A stretch of DNA of 32,455 bases from a virus (lineage: Duplodnaviria > Caudoviricetes), in the IMG/VR virus record IMGVR_UViG_3300030085_001831, positions 1-32,455 of that record. One strand, 5' to 3'. The position numbers and the translations under genes are program-made. The stretch's first letter is position 1; every line of letters begins with the position of its first letter. Positions 16,138-25,140 of the stretch are shown piece after piece. A model generated the notes under the pieces. The model did no database searches. It was not told the DNA's origin and worked only from the letters and a program-made list of their open reading frames with translations.

Positions 16138-16418
16138 TGGCCCCTAGAGCGAAAAAGACACCGGCATGGCAGCGCAAGGAAGGACAAAACCCAGAGGGCG
16201 GCCTCAACGAAGCTGGAAGGCGTTCGTTGCGAAGGCAGGGGAAAAACATCAAACGCCCAGTTTCGGCAAAAGAAGCAAAGAAAAGCCCAAAGAAAGCGGC
16301 AAGACGCAGGTCTTTCTGCGCTCGTATGAAGGGCATGAAAAAGAAGCTGACTTCAGCTAAGACCCGAAACGACCCTAATAGCCGTATCAACAAAGCACTA
16401 AGAAAGTGGGATTGCTAA
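16137..16418 (+). CDS. 93-aa basic protein (DUF6321-like)
   Basis: TPAWQRKEGQNPEGGLN...RRRSFCARM...LRKWDC. Confidence 0.82.
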   Translation: MAPRAKKTPAWQRKEGQNPEGGLNEAGRRSLRRQGKNIKRPVSAKEAKKSPKKAARRRSFCARMKGMKKKLTSAKTRNDPNSRINKALRKWDC

Positions 16419-17177
16419 ATGAGTGAGGAACTTCAGGAGACCGCAGAGGTCGAAGAACAGCCACAGGTTCAGGCAGATGTGCAGGAGCAACCTGAGGAAT
16501 CATTTACTGACAGGCCAGATTGGCTTCCAGAGAAATTCAAGACCCCAGAGGACATGGCGAAAAGCTATGGTGAGCTTGAGCGTGGATTCTATCAGCGTAA
16601 GGATGATCTGCGTGAGCAGATTATTGATGAGATCAATCAGGATGCGATGAAAGATGCTCCTGCCAGTCCCGCTGACTATGATGTCAACTTTCAAGCGCCA
16701 GAAGGCATGGAGTATACCGTTGACGATGATGATCCTCTTCTTGGCTGGTTTAAGGGCAAAGCTCATGAGTATGGCTTGTCCCAAGATGAGTTCGATGGAC
16801 TTATCAATGAATATGCACAGGCAGATCTTCAACGTGGGCCTGACTGGAATCAGGAATCAGAAGCCCTTGGTGAGTATGCAGAAGATCGACTAAACCGTGT
16901 AGACGGTTGGGCGAGGGGTAGCCTGACGCAAGAAGGCTATGAGGTCTTTGCCAACATTCCTGCATCTGCCGGCATGGTGCAACTTTTTGAAGAGCTGATG
17001 GAGCTGAATGGCCAGCCGCAGTTCAATATGGTTTCTGAAACAGAGTTTCAGGAAGTTCTTTCTCTGGACGAGCTTAGATCCATGCAAAATGATCCTAAGT
17101 ATTGGAAGGAGAAAGACCCTGCATATATCGCTAAGGTGCGTGCAGGGTTCGATCAGTATTCTCGGCGCAACCGTTAA
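16419..17177 (+). CDS. Capsid scaffolding/assembly protein
   Basis: Acidic; RPDWLPEKF near the N-terminus and DPKYW near the C-terminus; directly before the capsid gene. Confidence 0.9.
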   Translation: MSEELQETAEVEEQPQVQADVQEQPEESFTDRPDWLPEKFKTPEDMAKSYGELERGFYQRKDDLREQIIDEINQDAMKDAPASPADYDVNFQAPEGMEYTVDDDDPLLGWFKGKAHEYGLSQDEFDGLINEYAQADLQRGPDWNQESEALGEYAEDRLNRVDGWARGSLTQEGYEVFANIPASAGMVQLFEELMELNGQPQFNMVSETEFQEVLSLDELRSMQNDPKYWKEKDPAYIAKVRAGFDQYSRRNR

Positions 17178-17212
17178 TGTGAATTAACAAGCTGAGAATA
17201 TTGTGACATGTT
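17177..17212 (+). promoter_or_regulatory. Putative late promoter for the capsid gene
   Basis: ATGTGAATTAAC shared with 29123-29134; TTAACA-N17-CATGTT with a TGn extension. Confidence 0.5.
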
Positions 17213-17322
17213 GTTTGTACTAGAAGGCCCTAAAGCAATGGATAATCTTCGGACCCTGCGCTGACGGATAACCAGACTAGAATCGAACTTGTATCAACTC
17301 GACCAAACCCGAGGAGGGTATA

Positions 17323-18162
17323 ATGGCTACACCGTCCATTAGCACTTCCTTTATCGAGGAGTTTGAGTCTGGCGTCCACATGGCTTATCAGCGCATGGGG
17401 TCCAAGCTCAGGAACACCATTCGTACTGCGAATGGGGTCAAGAACAAGACCACGTTCCAAAAAATCGGTAAGGGCTTTGCTACCACCAAAGCGCGGCATG
17501 GTAATGTCGCACCTATGAATCTTGCTCACACAAATGTCAGCGTGACCCTTGAGGACTATTTTGCTGGCGAGTGGGTAGATGATCTCGACCAACTCCGTAT
17601 CAACCATGATGAGATGCTTGTCGCTCAACAGTCTGGTGCATATGCACTTGGCCGTAAGACCGACGATCTCATTCTGGCAGCTATGGATGCTACCACTTCG
17701 ACCCATAACGAAACCTCAAACGGCGTTACGCTTGCTTGGGCTTTCGGCCTTATGGAGCTTTTCGGCAACAACAATGTTCCTGACGATGGTCAGCGTTACG
17801 TTGCTGTTGGCTGGGAGCAGTGGTCACAGCTTCTTGATCTGGATGAGTTCTCTCGCACCAACTACGTTGGCGAAGGAGACCTTCCTTTCAATAACGCTAT
17901 GACCGCCAAAGAGTGGCTTGGCTTCATGTGGTTCCCATTCTCTGGTCTAAGCGAAACTAACGGTTCTGGTGCTGCTGGCACTACGCACCGTAAGTGCTTT
18001 GCTTGGCATCAGGGTTCTGTGGGCCATGCAATCGGCGCTGATGTTTCGTCCAACATGCAGTATCACAACGACAAGGATGCGTACTTTGTTCTGAACAAGA
18101 TGCAGATGAACGCTACCCTGATCGATGCTGAAGGTTGTTTCGAACTTGAGCTGAAGAAATAA
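17323..18162 (+). CDS. Major capsid protein (HK97 fold, BPP-1-like)
   Basis: Position after the scaffold; FIEEFESGV...GSKLRNT, AYALGRKTDDLI; GAGGAGG RBS; optimised codons. Confidence 0.92.
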   Translation: MATPSISTSFIEEFESGVHMAYQRMGSKLRNTIRTANGVKNKTTFQKIGKGFATTKARHGNVAPMNLAHTNVSVTLEDYFAGEWVDDLDQLRINHDEMLVAQQSGAYALGRKTDDLILAAMDATTSTHNETSNGVTLAWAFGLMELFGNNNVPDDGQRYVAVGWEQWSQLLDLDEFSRTNYVGEGDLPFNNAMTAKEWLGFMWFPFSGLSETNGSGAAGTTHRKCFAWHQGSVGHAIGADVSSNMQYHNDKDAYFVLNKMQMNATLIDAEGCFELELKK

Positions 18163-18174
18163 GGAGGAGTTGAG

Positions 18175-18435
18175 ATGGCTTATACAGACGCAAACTTCAC
18201 CTTGGTTAACTATTCAGGCAATGGCTTCCATATCTGGCACTATGTGTCTACTGGCGACAACCTGAACACCATTGATACCGCTGGCTACTTCAATGATAAG
18301 TCTAGCGAGATCAATGTTGGCGACGTTATCTTTGTCAACGCTTCAAACGGCTTTGGCATTGCAACCGTTGTTTCCAACTCTGGCGGTACCGTCGATACTG
18401 GCGATATCGTGAGCATGACAACGGATAGTCGTTGA
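18175..18435 (+). CDS. Probable capsid decoration/minor structural protein
   Basis: 86 aa; beta-rich; AAGGAGG RBS; follows the capsid gene. Confidence 0.7.
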   Translation: MAYTDANFTLVNYSGNGFHIWHYVSTGDNLNTIDTAGYFNDKSSEINVGDVIFVNASNGFGIATVVSNSGGTVDTGDIVSMTTDSR

Positions 18436-18566
18436 TGGCTAAGGCTCCAGCAAAAAAGAAGGCGGCAGCGAAAGCTGCCCCTTCCTCGTCTGCCAAGACT
18501 GTTAAACGCCGTAACGGCACAGTCACATTTGGCAAAAACACAACCATCGGCAAGGGAGTCCAGTAA
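18435..18566 (+). CDS. 43-aa histone-H1-like K/A-rich peptide (MAKAPAKKKAAAKAAP...)
   Basis: Translated by hand; TGATG/TAATG coupling. Confidence 0.75.
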   Translation: MAKAPAKKKAAAKAAPSSSAKTVKRRNGTVTFGKNTTIGKGVQ

Positions 18567-18772
18567 TGGACCCAGATGAAATTCGCAAAAAAGGCAACAA
18601 GATCGTTGGCTTTGAGCATCGATCTCGTTCTGGAAAAACCACTGAGCTTCTTGGCATTTACAACATGCCTGATCCAAATTCTCCAATGAATCGTCTGATT
18701 CGATATATGGGAAAATTAAAAAAATCAGGCACTACTCAGGGCAGAAATAATCCTCGTAAGGGAGCTAGGTAA
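18566..18772 (+). CDS. 68-aa basic hypothetical protein
   Basis: Coupled at both ends. Confidence 0.75.
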   Translation: MDPDEIRKKGNKIVGFEHRSRSGKTTELLGIYNMPDPNSPMNRLIRYMGKLKKSGTTQGRNNPRKGAR

Positions 18773-18825
18773 TGAAAAAGAAGCCAATCAAAAAGCCTAA
18801 GCCACGCAAAGGCGGGGGTTACTGA
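18772..18825 (+). CDS. 17-aa basic peptide MKKKPIKKPKPRKGGGY
   Basis: TAATG start, TGATG stop; GGAG upstream. Confidence 0.6.
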   Translation: MKKKPIKKPKPRKGGGY

Positions 18826-18956
18826 TGTACGGTAAGGGCAAAATCAAGAAAAAAGCCAGCAAAACTATGGGTAAGCCCACTCTCACTGCAAAACAAAAAA
18901 CCCTTCCTAAGGAGCTTCAGGAAAAGATCCTTGCCTCTAAACAACGGAGCGCATAA
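18825..18956 (+). CDS. 43-aa basic peptide (MYGKGKIKKK...LTAKQKTLPKELQEKI)
   Basis: Translated by hand; coupled at both ends. Confidence 0.7.
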   Translation: MYGKGKIKKKASKTMGKPTLTAKQKTLPKELQEKILASKQRSA

Positions 18957-19063
18957 TGCATGCAGGATTTAAGAACTGCCCAACATGCCCGACAAAAGCA
19001 AAGTGTCGTGCAGCAGGGAAATGCTTAAACAAAAAGAAGTCTCCAAGAAACATGGGTCGTTAG
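18956..19063 (+). CDS. 35-aa basic Cys4 peptide (CPTCPTKAKCRAAGKC)
   Basis: Translated by hand; GGAG RBS; TAATG coupling. Confidence 0.7.
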   Translation: MHAGFKNCPTCPTKAKCRAAGKCLNKKKSPRNMGR

Positions 19064-19066
19064 TAA

Positions 19067-19687
19067 ATGCCAACAACTCCATCTACCGATATTGAAGTAG
19101 CGCAGAAGGCAATGGTTCTGATCGGTTTGGAGCCATTGACCTCATTTACTGATGCTACTGATGAAGCTCTGGTAGCTAACACCATCTATGAGGATGTTGT
19201 TGCAGACTGTCTTAGTCAGCATAGCTGGAACTTTGCTACAGGTCAGAAGGTTCTTGCAAGACTTACTGATGTTCCTGCCGATCGTTGGGATGCTGCATAT
19301 GCTCTTCCTACAAATCCCCAGACGCTTCAGGTAATAACTGTAACCATTGATGATGTGCCGCAGCGGTATGACATCTATGAGCGCTATGTGTATATAAACG
19401 CACAGGCAGAAGATAATGTAGTCCTGAACTATGTGTTTCGGCCTGAAACGCAGTACTGGCCCCCTACATTTACAATGTGGGTTATCTTCCGTCTTGCGTC
19501 TGTATTGGCTTTGTCTGTGACACGCAAAGCAGATGTTGCAAGCTCGTATACTACGCTTGCTGACGCTCAGTTCCGTCGTGCAAAGGCAAGAGACAGCCAG
19601 CAAGTTACGACACAAGGCTTGCGATTAAGCAGATTCAATCGTGCCAGACTTGGTAGTGGAATCTTTCAAGAGATAGAAGGCACATAA
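19067..19687 (+). CDS. Tail tubular protein A / adaptor (T7 gp11-like)
   Basis: AMVLIGLEP, HSWNFA, AYALP and RLASVLA pattern; size and position. Confidence 0.9.
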   Translation: MPTTPSTDIEVAQKAMVLIGLEPLTSFTDATDEALVANTIYEDVVADCLSQHSWNFATGQKVLARLTDVPADRWDAAYALPTNPQTLQVITVTIDDVPQRYDIYERYVYINAQAEDNVVLNYVFRPETQYWPPTFTMWVIFRLASVLALSVTRKADVASSYTTLADAQFRRAKARDSQQVTTQGLRLSRFNRARLGSGIFQEIEGT

Positions 19688-19691
19688 TGAA

Positions 19692-21692
19692 ATGGCGCTG
19701 CTTAGACAGTTATATACAAACTTTACGTCGGGAGAGGTAACACCCCTTTTCTCGGCAAGAATTGATGCAGCCGCCTATAAGAATGGCGTAAAGGATCTTG
19801 AGAATTTCCGTATCCTTGCTCAAGGCGGCATCAAGCGTAGGCCCGGTTTAAGAAAACGCTATAATGTTGGCCTTGGCACCTCGTATGCTACTCAGCTTGT
19901 GCCTTACGTTTATGATGAAGATGAAGCGTATCTTATTCTTTTTGCCAGCACTGGCAGTCAAGCAGCTATTCAGGCTTACGATCCCACTAAAGAAACATTT
20001 GCAATAAACATGACTGGCTCTGCAGGAAACTGGACTGCTGCAGGTATAGTTGGAAATTTAAAATATGCTCAATCTGGGGACACAATGATTGTTGTTCACC
20101 CAGACATGCCAATGCTTGTTCTTACCAGAACATCTGCTACTGAGTTTGCTAGAAGTGACTTTACCTTTGATACCTCTGGTGGGTTTATTCATCAGCCTTA
20201 CTATAAATTTGCTGATCCGGCTGTAACTCTAACGCCGCAAAATAACAGCACATCGAATCAGACCATTACTGCAAGTGCCAGTATATTTTCCTCTGATTGG
20301 GTTGGCGAAGAGATAGAGTATACAGATTCAGCGGGAACGGTTCATCATATCGCTGTTGTTGCATATCTGTCAGGGACAACGATAACCGGCAAATTTGACA
20401 CCGCTCCCTCTAATACAAATGCTCGAACAACTTGGAAAGAGCAGGTTTTTTCCAGCCGTCATGGATATGCTAGAAGCGTTGCTTTTCATGACCAGCGTTT
20501 GGTATTTGGTGGCTCAAGGGATTTGCCCAATCACATTTTTATGTCCAAGGTGGGTGAGTTCTTTAACTTTGATGTAGGAACAGGGTTGGATGATGAGTCT
20601 ATCCAGATTCAGATTGCAGAAAACCAAGTATCCGAAATTAAAGCTGTTGAGTCATTTAGGCATCTGTCGATCTTTACATCAGAAGCAGAGCTTTATGTTC
20701 CAACATCGGAAAATAGGCCTCTGACGCCAAGTACTATTTCTGTGAAAAGGCAGACTTCATATGGAAGCTCTGGGGTGAATCCTGTCGATTTTGATGGCGC
20801 TCTTGTCTATCTGACAAAATCAAAGGGCGCTGTTCGAGAGTTTGTTTTTTCTGATTTAAGCCAAGCATATAACTCTGATGCTATCAGCCTTTTGTCTCAA
20901 GAGATGATTGGCACCATTGTTGATATGTCTGCTCAGCGTGAAGCACCAGATCAAGCTGAAGCCTATCTTTATACTGTAAACTCTGATGGTAACATGGCTG
21001 TCATGGTAAGCATTCGTAAAGAGCAGGTACAAGGATGGATGCAATATACGACTGATGGTACGTTCCAAAATGTTGCTACAGTCAATAGGCGTGTATTCGT
21101 TCTTGTTAGAAGGAATATGCCGTTAAGCAACGGGAATACCGAGTCCAGACTATTTATCGAGGAGTTTGATAACTCCTATCATCTTGATTGTGCTGAAAAG
21201 CAAACAAATGCCTCAGCCACTAAAAACTGGACCATTACAGCAGAGTCCGGTTTGCTAAATTATCCAGACATAAGGAATAGAGATGTCTCTGTTAAATCTG
21301 GTAATTTTGCTCTTGGTAGCTTTCCCGCAAATAATAGCGGTGAGATAACTCTCAATGATGCAGTTACGGAAGTCGAAATTGGCATTCCTTATACGCCTAC
21401 AATGACAACCCTTCCTCCTGAATTTACTCTTCAGGACGGCATTACTGTTGGTCAAAAGCGTCGTATTGTAAGGGCTGTTTTAGATCTTAATGAGTCCCTT
21501 AATGTAAAAACAAAGGGAACAAACATTCTTATTCGCCGTGTTACAGATGATCTTTCTCTACAGCCAACTCCCCTCACAACAAGAAAAGAGGTGTATTTGC
21601 TTGGATGGTCTTCTGAAGGTACGGTTACTGTGACTCAGGATCAGCCTTTGCCGCTGACTCTTAATGGGTTGCTGCTGGAGGTAGAAGTATAA
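19692..21692 (+). CDS. Tail tubular protein B / nozzle (T7 gp12-like)
   Basis: TNFTSGEVTP, GGIKRRPG, FHDQRLVFGG...FFNF, QPLPLTL. Confidence 0.92.
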   Translation: MALLRQLYTNFTSGEVTPLFSARIDAAAYKNGVKDLENFRILAQGGIKRRPGLRKRYNVGLGTSYATQLVPYVYDEDEAYLILFASTGSQAAIQAYDPTKETFAINMTGSAGNWTAAGIVGNLKYAQSGDTMIVVHPDMPMLVLTRTSATEFARSDFTFDTSGGFIHQPYYKFADPAVTLTPQNNSTSNQTITASASIFSSDWVGEEIEYTDSAGTVHHIAVVAYLSGTTITGKFDTAPSNTNARTTWKEQVFSSRHGYARSVAFHDQRLVFGGSRDLPNHIFMSKVGEFFNFDVGTGLDDESIQIQIAENQVSEIKAVESFRHLSIFTSEAELYVPTSENRPLTPSTISVKRQTSYGSSGVNPVDFDGALVYLTKSKGAVREFVFSDLSQAYNSDAISLLSQEMIGTIVDMSAQREAPDQAEAYLYTVNSDGNMAVMVSIRKEQVQGWMQYTTDGTFQNVATVNRRVFVLVRRNMPLSNGNTESRLFIEEFDNSYHLDCAEKQTNASATKNWTITAESGLLNYPDIRNRDVSVKSGNFALGSFPANNSGEITLNDAVTEVEIGIPYTPTMTTLPPEFTLQDGITVGQKRRIVRAVLDLNESLNVKTKGTNILIRRVTDDLSLQPTPLTTRKEVYLLGWSSEGTVTVTQDQPLPLTLNGLLLEVEV

Positions 21693-22120
21693 TGGGTATG
21701 GGACTCCAAGTAGCTGGCCTTATGCTTAGCCTGCAGGCTGCTCAGATGCAAAAACGAGCTTACGAAGCAGAAGCTCAAGCTCAAGAAGAGCAAGCTGAAA
21801 TGGCAAAGATTCAATCTGCCCAGCAAGAGATTGAGCGAAACAGACGTTTGCGTCAGCAACTTTCGTCTCTTGGTACAAGCATGTCTGCACAGGGCGTTGC
21901 AATTGGAACTAGCCCAAGTGTATTGGCATTGGCTGATGATGAAAAGAAGATAGCCAAAGAGGACATTGCATCTATCAGGCTAATGGGGATGTCAAATCGT
22001 CGTAGATATGAAGTTGGTGCGGCTGGTAGTCGAGCCGCTGGAACCGCTGCACAGCTTGGCGGGTTTGCCAAGACAGTTGGTGGCCTCTACAGCATTGATA
22101 AAGGTGTAGGTACTGGATAA
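21692..22120 (+). CDS. Internal virion (ejection) protein, T7 gp14-like
   Basis: A/Q/G-rich, hydrophobic ends; position after the nozzle gene. Confidence 0.78.
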   Translation: MGMGLQVAGLMLSLQAAQMQKRAYEAEAQAQEEQAEMAKIQSAQQEIERNRRLRQQLSSLGTSMSAQGVAIGTSPSVLALADDEKKIAKEDIASIRLMGMSNRRRYEVGAAGSRAAGTAAQLGGFAKTVGGLYSIDKGVGTG

Positions 22121-25100
22121 TGGCTTTTAAGAAAACAGGAGGACGCTCAGCCCTAGTTCAGCCCACTGGCTTGCCCAACTTTAGTGGGTTCAAGCAAGCC
22201 GCTGCATCCTACAACCAAATCGGTGAATTGGCTTATGGTATCGGCCTTGATGACCGTAAGCGCCAGTTTAACCAGTTAATCCGTCAGGCTGAGATCGATG
22301 GCAGAACTGCTGGCGTTGTCTATGATGAGAAGGGAGATCTTGTTCCTCTCACAAACTTTGACTATGCAAAAGCTAGTGAAACGTACGCAGAAGCTGACCA
22401 GAAGCAAATCCTTTCCACATATCGTAAAGCTGCTGTTCAGACATATGTAAACGCTGCTGCTAATGATATTAACAGCGCAGCTGCCCAAGCTCTTATCGAT
22501 AACCCAAATGATCCTGCTGCCATTCGCTCTAGCGCACAGGGTTATCTGCAAGGCATCGAGAATCTTGATGATGAGATCTATACGGCACTTGCGCCAAAGG
22601 TTGCTTCTGCGTTTACAAAAGTAGAGAACCAAGCTCTTGCTCAACAAAGATCTGACGAAATTAAATATGCAGTAGATCAGGGGACAAAAGCCTATAATCA
22701 AAATGCCATCGAGCTGGGCGTTCTGTATGCAAAGAGCGAGGGAACAAATAACCCGGCTCAAGCTAAAGCTCTGCAAGACAGGATTAACGAGATTCTGGGC
22801 GAGCAAGCTGACATTATCATGGGCCTTGAAGCCAATGAGGTTTCTTCAGTAACCATTGATGAGATGCAGGACGCACAGGCGACTGTGATTGCTGCAAAGG
22901 TTTCTCAGTCAGGTGTAGAGCGTGCTTACTACTCTGGCGGTGCAGCAGAAGCCTACAGGCTTATTAAGGATACTGTAGCCGAGGCTGAGTTAAATCCTGA
23001 AGTAGACTCTGCAACCCTTAGAGCTGTTATGACCCAGAGCGTTCAGACGCTTTCTGCGATTGAGACAGCGGAGAACCAAGCTCAGAAAGAGGTTCTTACT
23101 GGAATCTATAACGATCTTTACAAAAGGGTTGTTATCGATGGCCTAGACATTACTGCTGAGCTTGCTAATCCATCTTCACCTATTCATGGTCTGGAAGGAA
23201 CTCAACAAGCCGCACTGTTCAGTGTTGGAACTAGCCTTGCACAACAAACAGAGCAAAATGCCAAAAAACTGAGAGATGATCAGCTAAAAGGCTATCGAGC
23301 AGAGTACGATAATCATCTGTCCATCTTTGAGAACCCCACTCAGACGACTCCTGCAATGGCGATGCAGGCTATGCGTGATATCAAGCTGCTTCATGGTATG
23401 GGGCTTCTGGGCGATACTGGTGATAAGTTGCTTCTTGAAGCTGGGACTAAGTTTGATGAAGCGATGGTTGCTTTTGCAGCAGGCGATATTGAAAAGCAAG
23501 GCTCTGTAATCTCTATGGAGTTAAATCCCAATCTCAGTTCTTACACAAAGTCTCCAGCTTATTATCGCAATGAAATGTATATGTCTGGTCTTGAGTCAAA
23601 AAATATTATCGGTAAGGGCGGCTACTGGTCAGACAGGGAAGCGTTTATCAACGACGTAAATACATATGCTGGTCATTTTAAGAAGCGTGTAGATCTAGCT
23701 CGTGATGCTGGTGTTGCCGAGCGTAAGATTCTTAATACCATTATGCCGACCGCAGCAGAGTTGAAGGCTTTCTCTCAGGTAAAGGGTTTTGATAAGGTCC
23801 GCAATCTTCAGACAGGCGAAATAATTCCTATGGATCTCTTGTCTGAAGATGAGAATATCTTCATGGCAAGTGCAGATAATGTTGCTGCATTTGCCGTTCA
23901 ATCAAAAGGTTTACTGCATCCTGGTGCTTTTGATCTATTTGAGTCCGCTTCCAAGAATATTGAAAACGCAGATAGAGCTATTCGTGTCATGGGTCAAACC
24001 ATGGATGCGATCAGAAGTGCAAGAGATATCGATAGCAGTCAGGTAGAGGGCATCTTTTACAGCAATCTTTCAGAAGACACAGTTGCATTTCTTAGGATTG
24101 CAGGGAGGGTTGGGCCTGAACTTGCGGTAGATGCGTTTGCTGCTGACCGGAATATGAACCGCAATGCTTCTGGCCTTGTTGCCAATAGCAAATATGCAGA
24201 TCGGCCAGAGTCAGAAGCTCTGGAAAGCATATTTATGGATTCCTATAACGAAGCCATAGAAGCCAAGAGTTTCTTTAAGCTGTTACAGCCCTACATCACT
24301 GATGCTGATAATCAGATGCTGTACCAAATGGCTAATGATGCAGGCGTTAGGAATGTAGAGGGCATGATTCTGTCAGACCCCTATATCAAACAAGCTATGA
24401 AGAGCCTGTTTATTGGGAAGATGCTCAAATACCCGCAGTATGTTCCTGCGGAAGCTATGCGTGATACCATTCGTGAAATCGGCACAAGGGTTGGCCCACA
24501 AGTAAACGCATATACCGGCGGTCTCGAGTTTGTCACCAATCCCATTTTGCCAAATGCACAGGCCACTGTTGGGAATGCCGGCATTACACTAGGGATGGAT
24601 GACATCAACAGGGACATCAAAGATATGTTCCTTAGAACTCCCGCTATCATTGATCCTACCATTGCTGAGCAGATTGCAAGAGTTGATGAAGCTCCCATGA
24701 TCGGGGGTGGTTTATTTGGAGATCCATCAAGGCTCGGGAACCCTGTTTTATTTTATGTTCCAAATGAAAGCTATGGTGCAACACAATCATACACTGTCTT
24801 GCTGAAGACGACCGCTGGCAAGGTTATCCCTTTGCTTGAAGACTACAGCTATGACTTCAAGAGATCTCAAGCATATGAATCGTTTTTGGAGTCTGTAGAC
24901 ACTCTAAAGTCAGACAGGATGAAGAACTTCTTCTCTGCATACGGCTTGATGGATCAGAGCCTTCTGCAGTCTGGATTTGATTCGATTGAAAGAACAAGAA
25001 GCGACAGAAGTTTTGATGGTTTGTTTAATCTTTATAACAGCACATTCAGAGCTGATATCGGGCAGGATCCAATAACACCAGAAGAAAAAGATGAGTTCTT

Positions 25101-25140
25101 CTATATGCTTGATCGCATCACATCACTAGGTTGGCGTTAA
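22120..25140 (+). CDS. Internal virion protein, T7 gp15-like by position
   Basis: 1006 aa; helical, Ala-rich; synteny only. Confidence 0.75.
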   Translation: MAFKKTGGRSALVQPTGLPNFSGFKQAAASYNQIGELAYGIGLDDRKRQFNQLIRQAEIDGRTAGVVYDEKGDLVPLTNFDYAKASETYAEADQKQILSTYRKAAVQTYVNAAANDINSAAAQALIDNPNDPAAIRSSAQGYLQGIENLDDEIYTALAPKVASAFTKVENQALAQQRSDEIKYAVDQGTKAYNQNAIELGVLYAKSEGTNNPAQAKALQDRINEILGEQADIIMGLEANEVSSVTIDEMQDAQATVIAAKVSQSGVERAYYSGGAAEAYRLIKDTVAEAELNPEVDSATLRAVMTQSVQTLSAIETAENQAQKEVLTGIYNDLYKRVVIDGLDITAELANPSSPIHGLEGTQQAALFSVGTSLAQQTEQNAKKLRDDQLKGYRAEYDNHLSIFENPTQTTPAMAMQAMRDIKLLHGMGLLGDTGDKLLLEAGTKFDEAMVAFAAGDIEKQGSVISMELNPNLSSYTKSPAYYRNEMYMSGLESKNIIGKGGYWSDREAFINDVNTYAGHFKKRVDLARDAGVAERKILNTIMPTAAELKAFSQVKGFDKVRNLQTGEIIPMDLLSEDENIFMASADNVAAFAVQSKGLLHPGAFDLFESASKNIENADRAIRVMGQTMDAIRSARDIDSSQVEGIFYSNLSEDTVAFLRIAGRVGPELAVDAFAADRNMNRNASGLVANSKYADRPESEALESIFMDSYNEAIEAKSFFKLLQPYITDADNQMLYQMANDAGVRNVEGMILSDPYIKQAMKSLFIGKMLKYPQYVPAEAMRDTIREIGTRVGPQVNAYTGGLEFVTNPILPNAQATVGNAGITLGMDDINRDIKDMFLRTPAIIDPTIAEQIARVDEAPMIGGGLFGDPSRLGNPVLFYVPNESYGATQSYTVLLKTTAGKVIPLLEDYSYDFKRSQAYESFLESVDTLKSDRMKNFFSAYGLMDQSLLQSGFDSIERTRSDRSFDGLFNLYNSTFRADIGQDPITPEEKDEFFYMLDRITSLGWR

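Noticed and set aside
17174-17188. Full CtrA box
   Set aside because: TTAA-N6-TTAAC has a 6-nt spacer rather than 7, and the copy at 29123 lacks the first half-site
25131-25139. TTG start given by the ORF track for the 1330-aa protein
   Set aside because: ATG 25140 overlapping the upstream TAA fits the coupling pattern used throughout the operon
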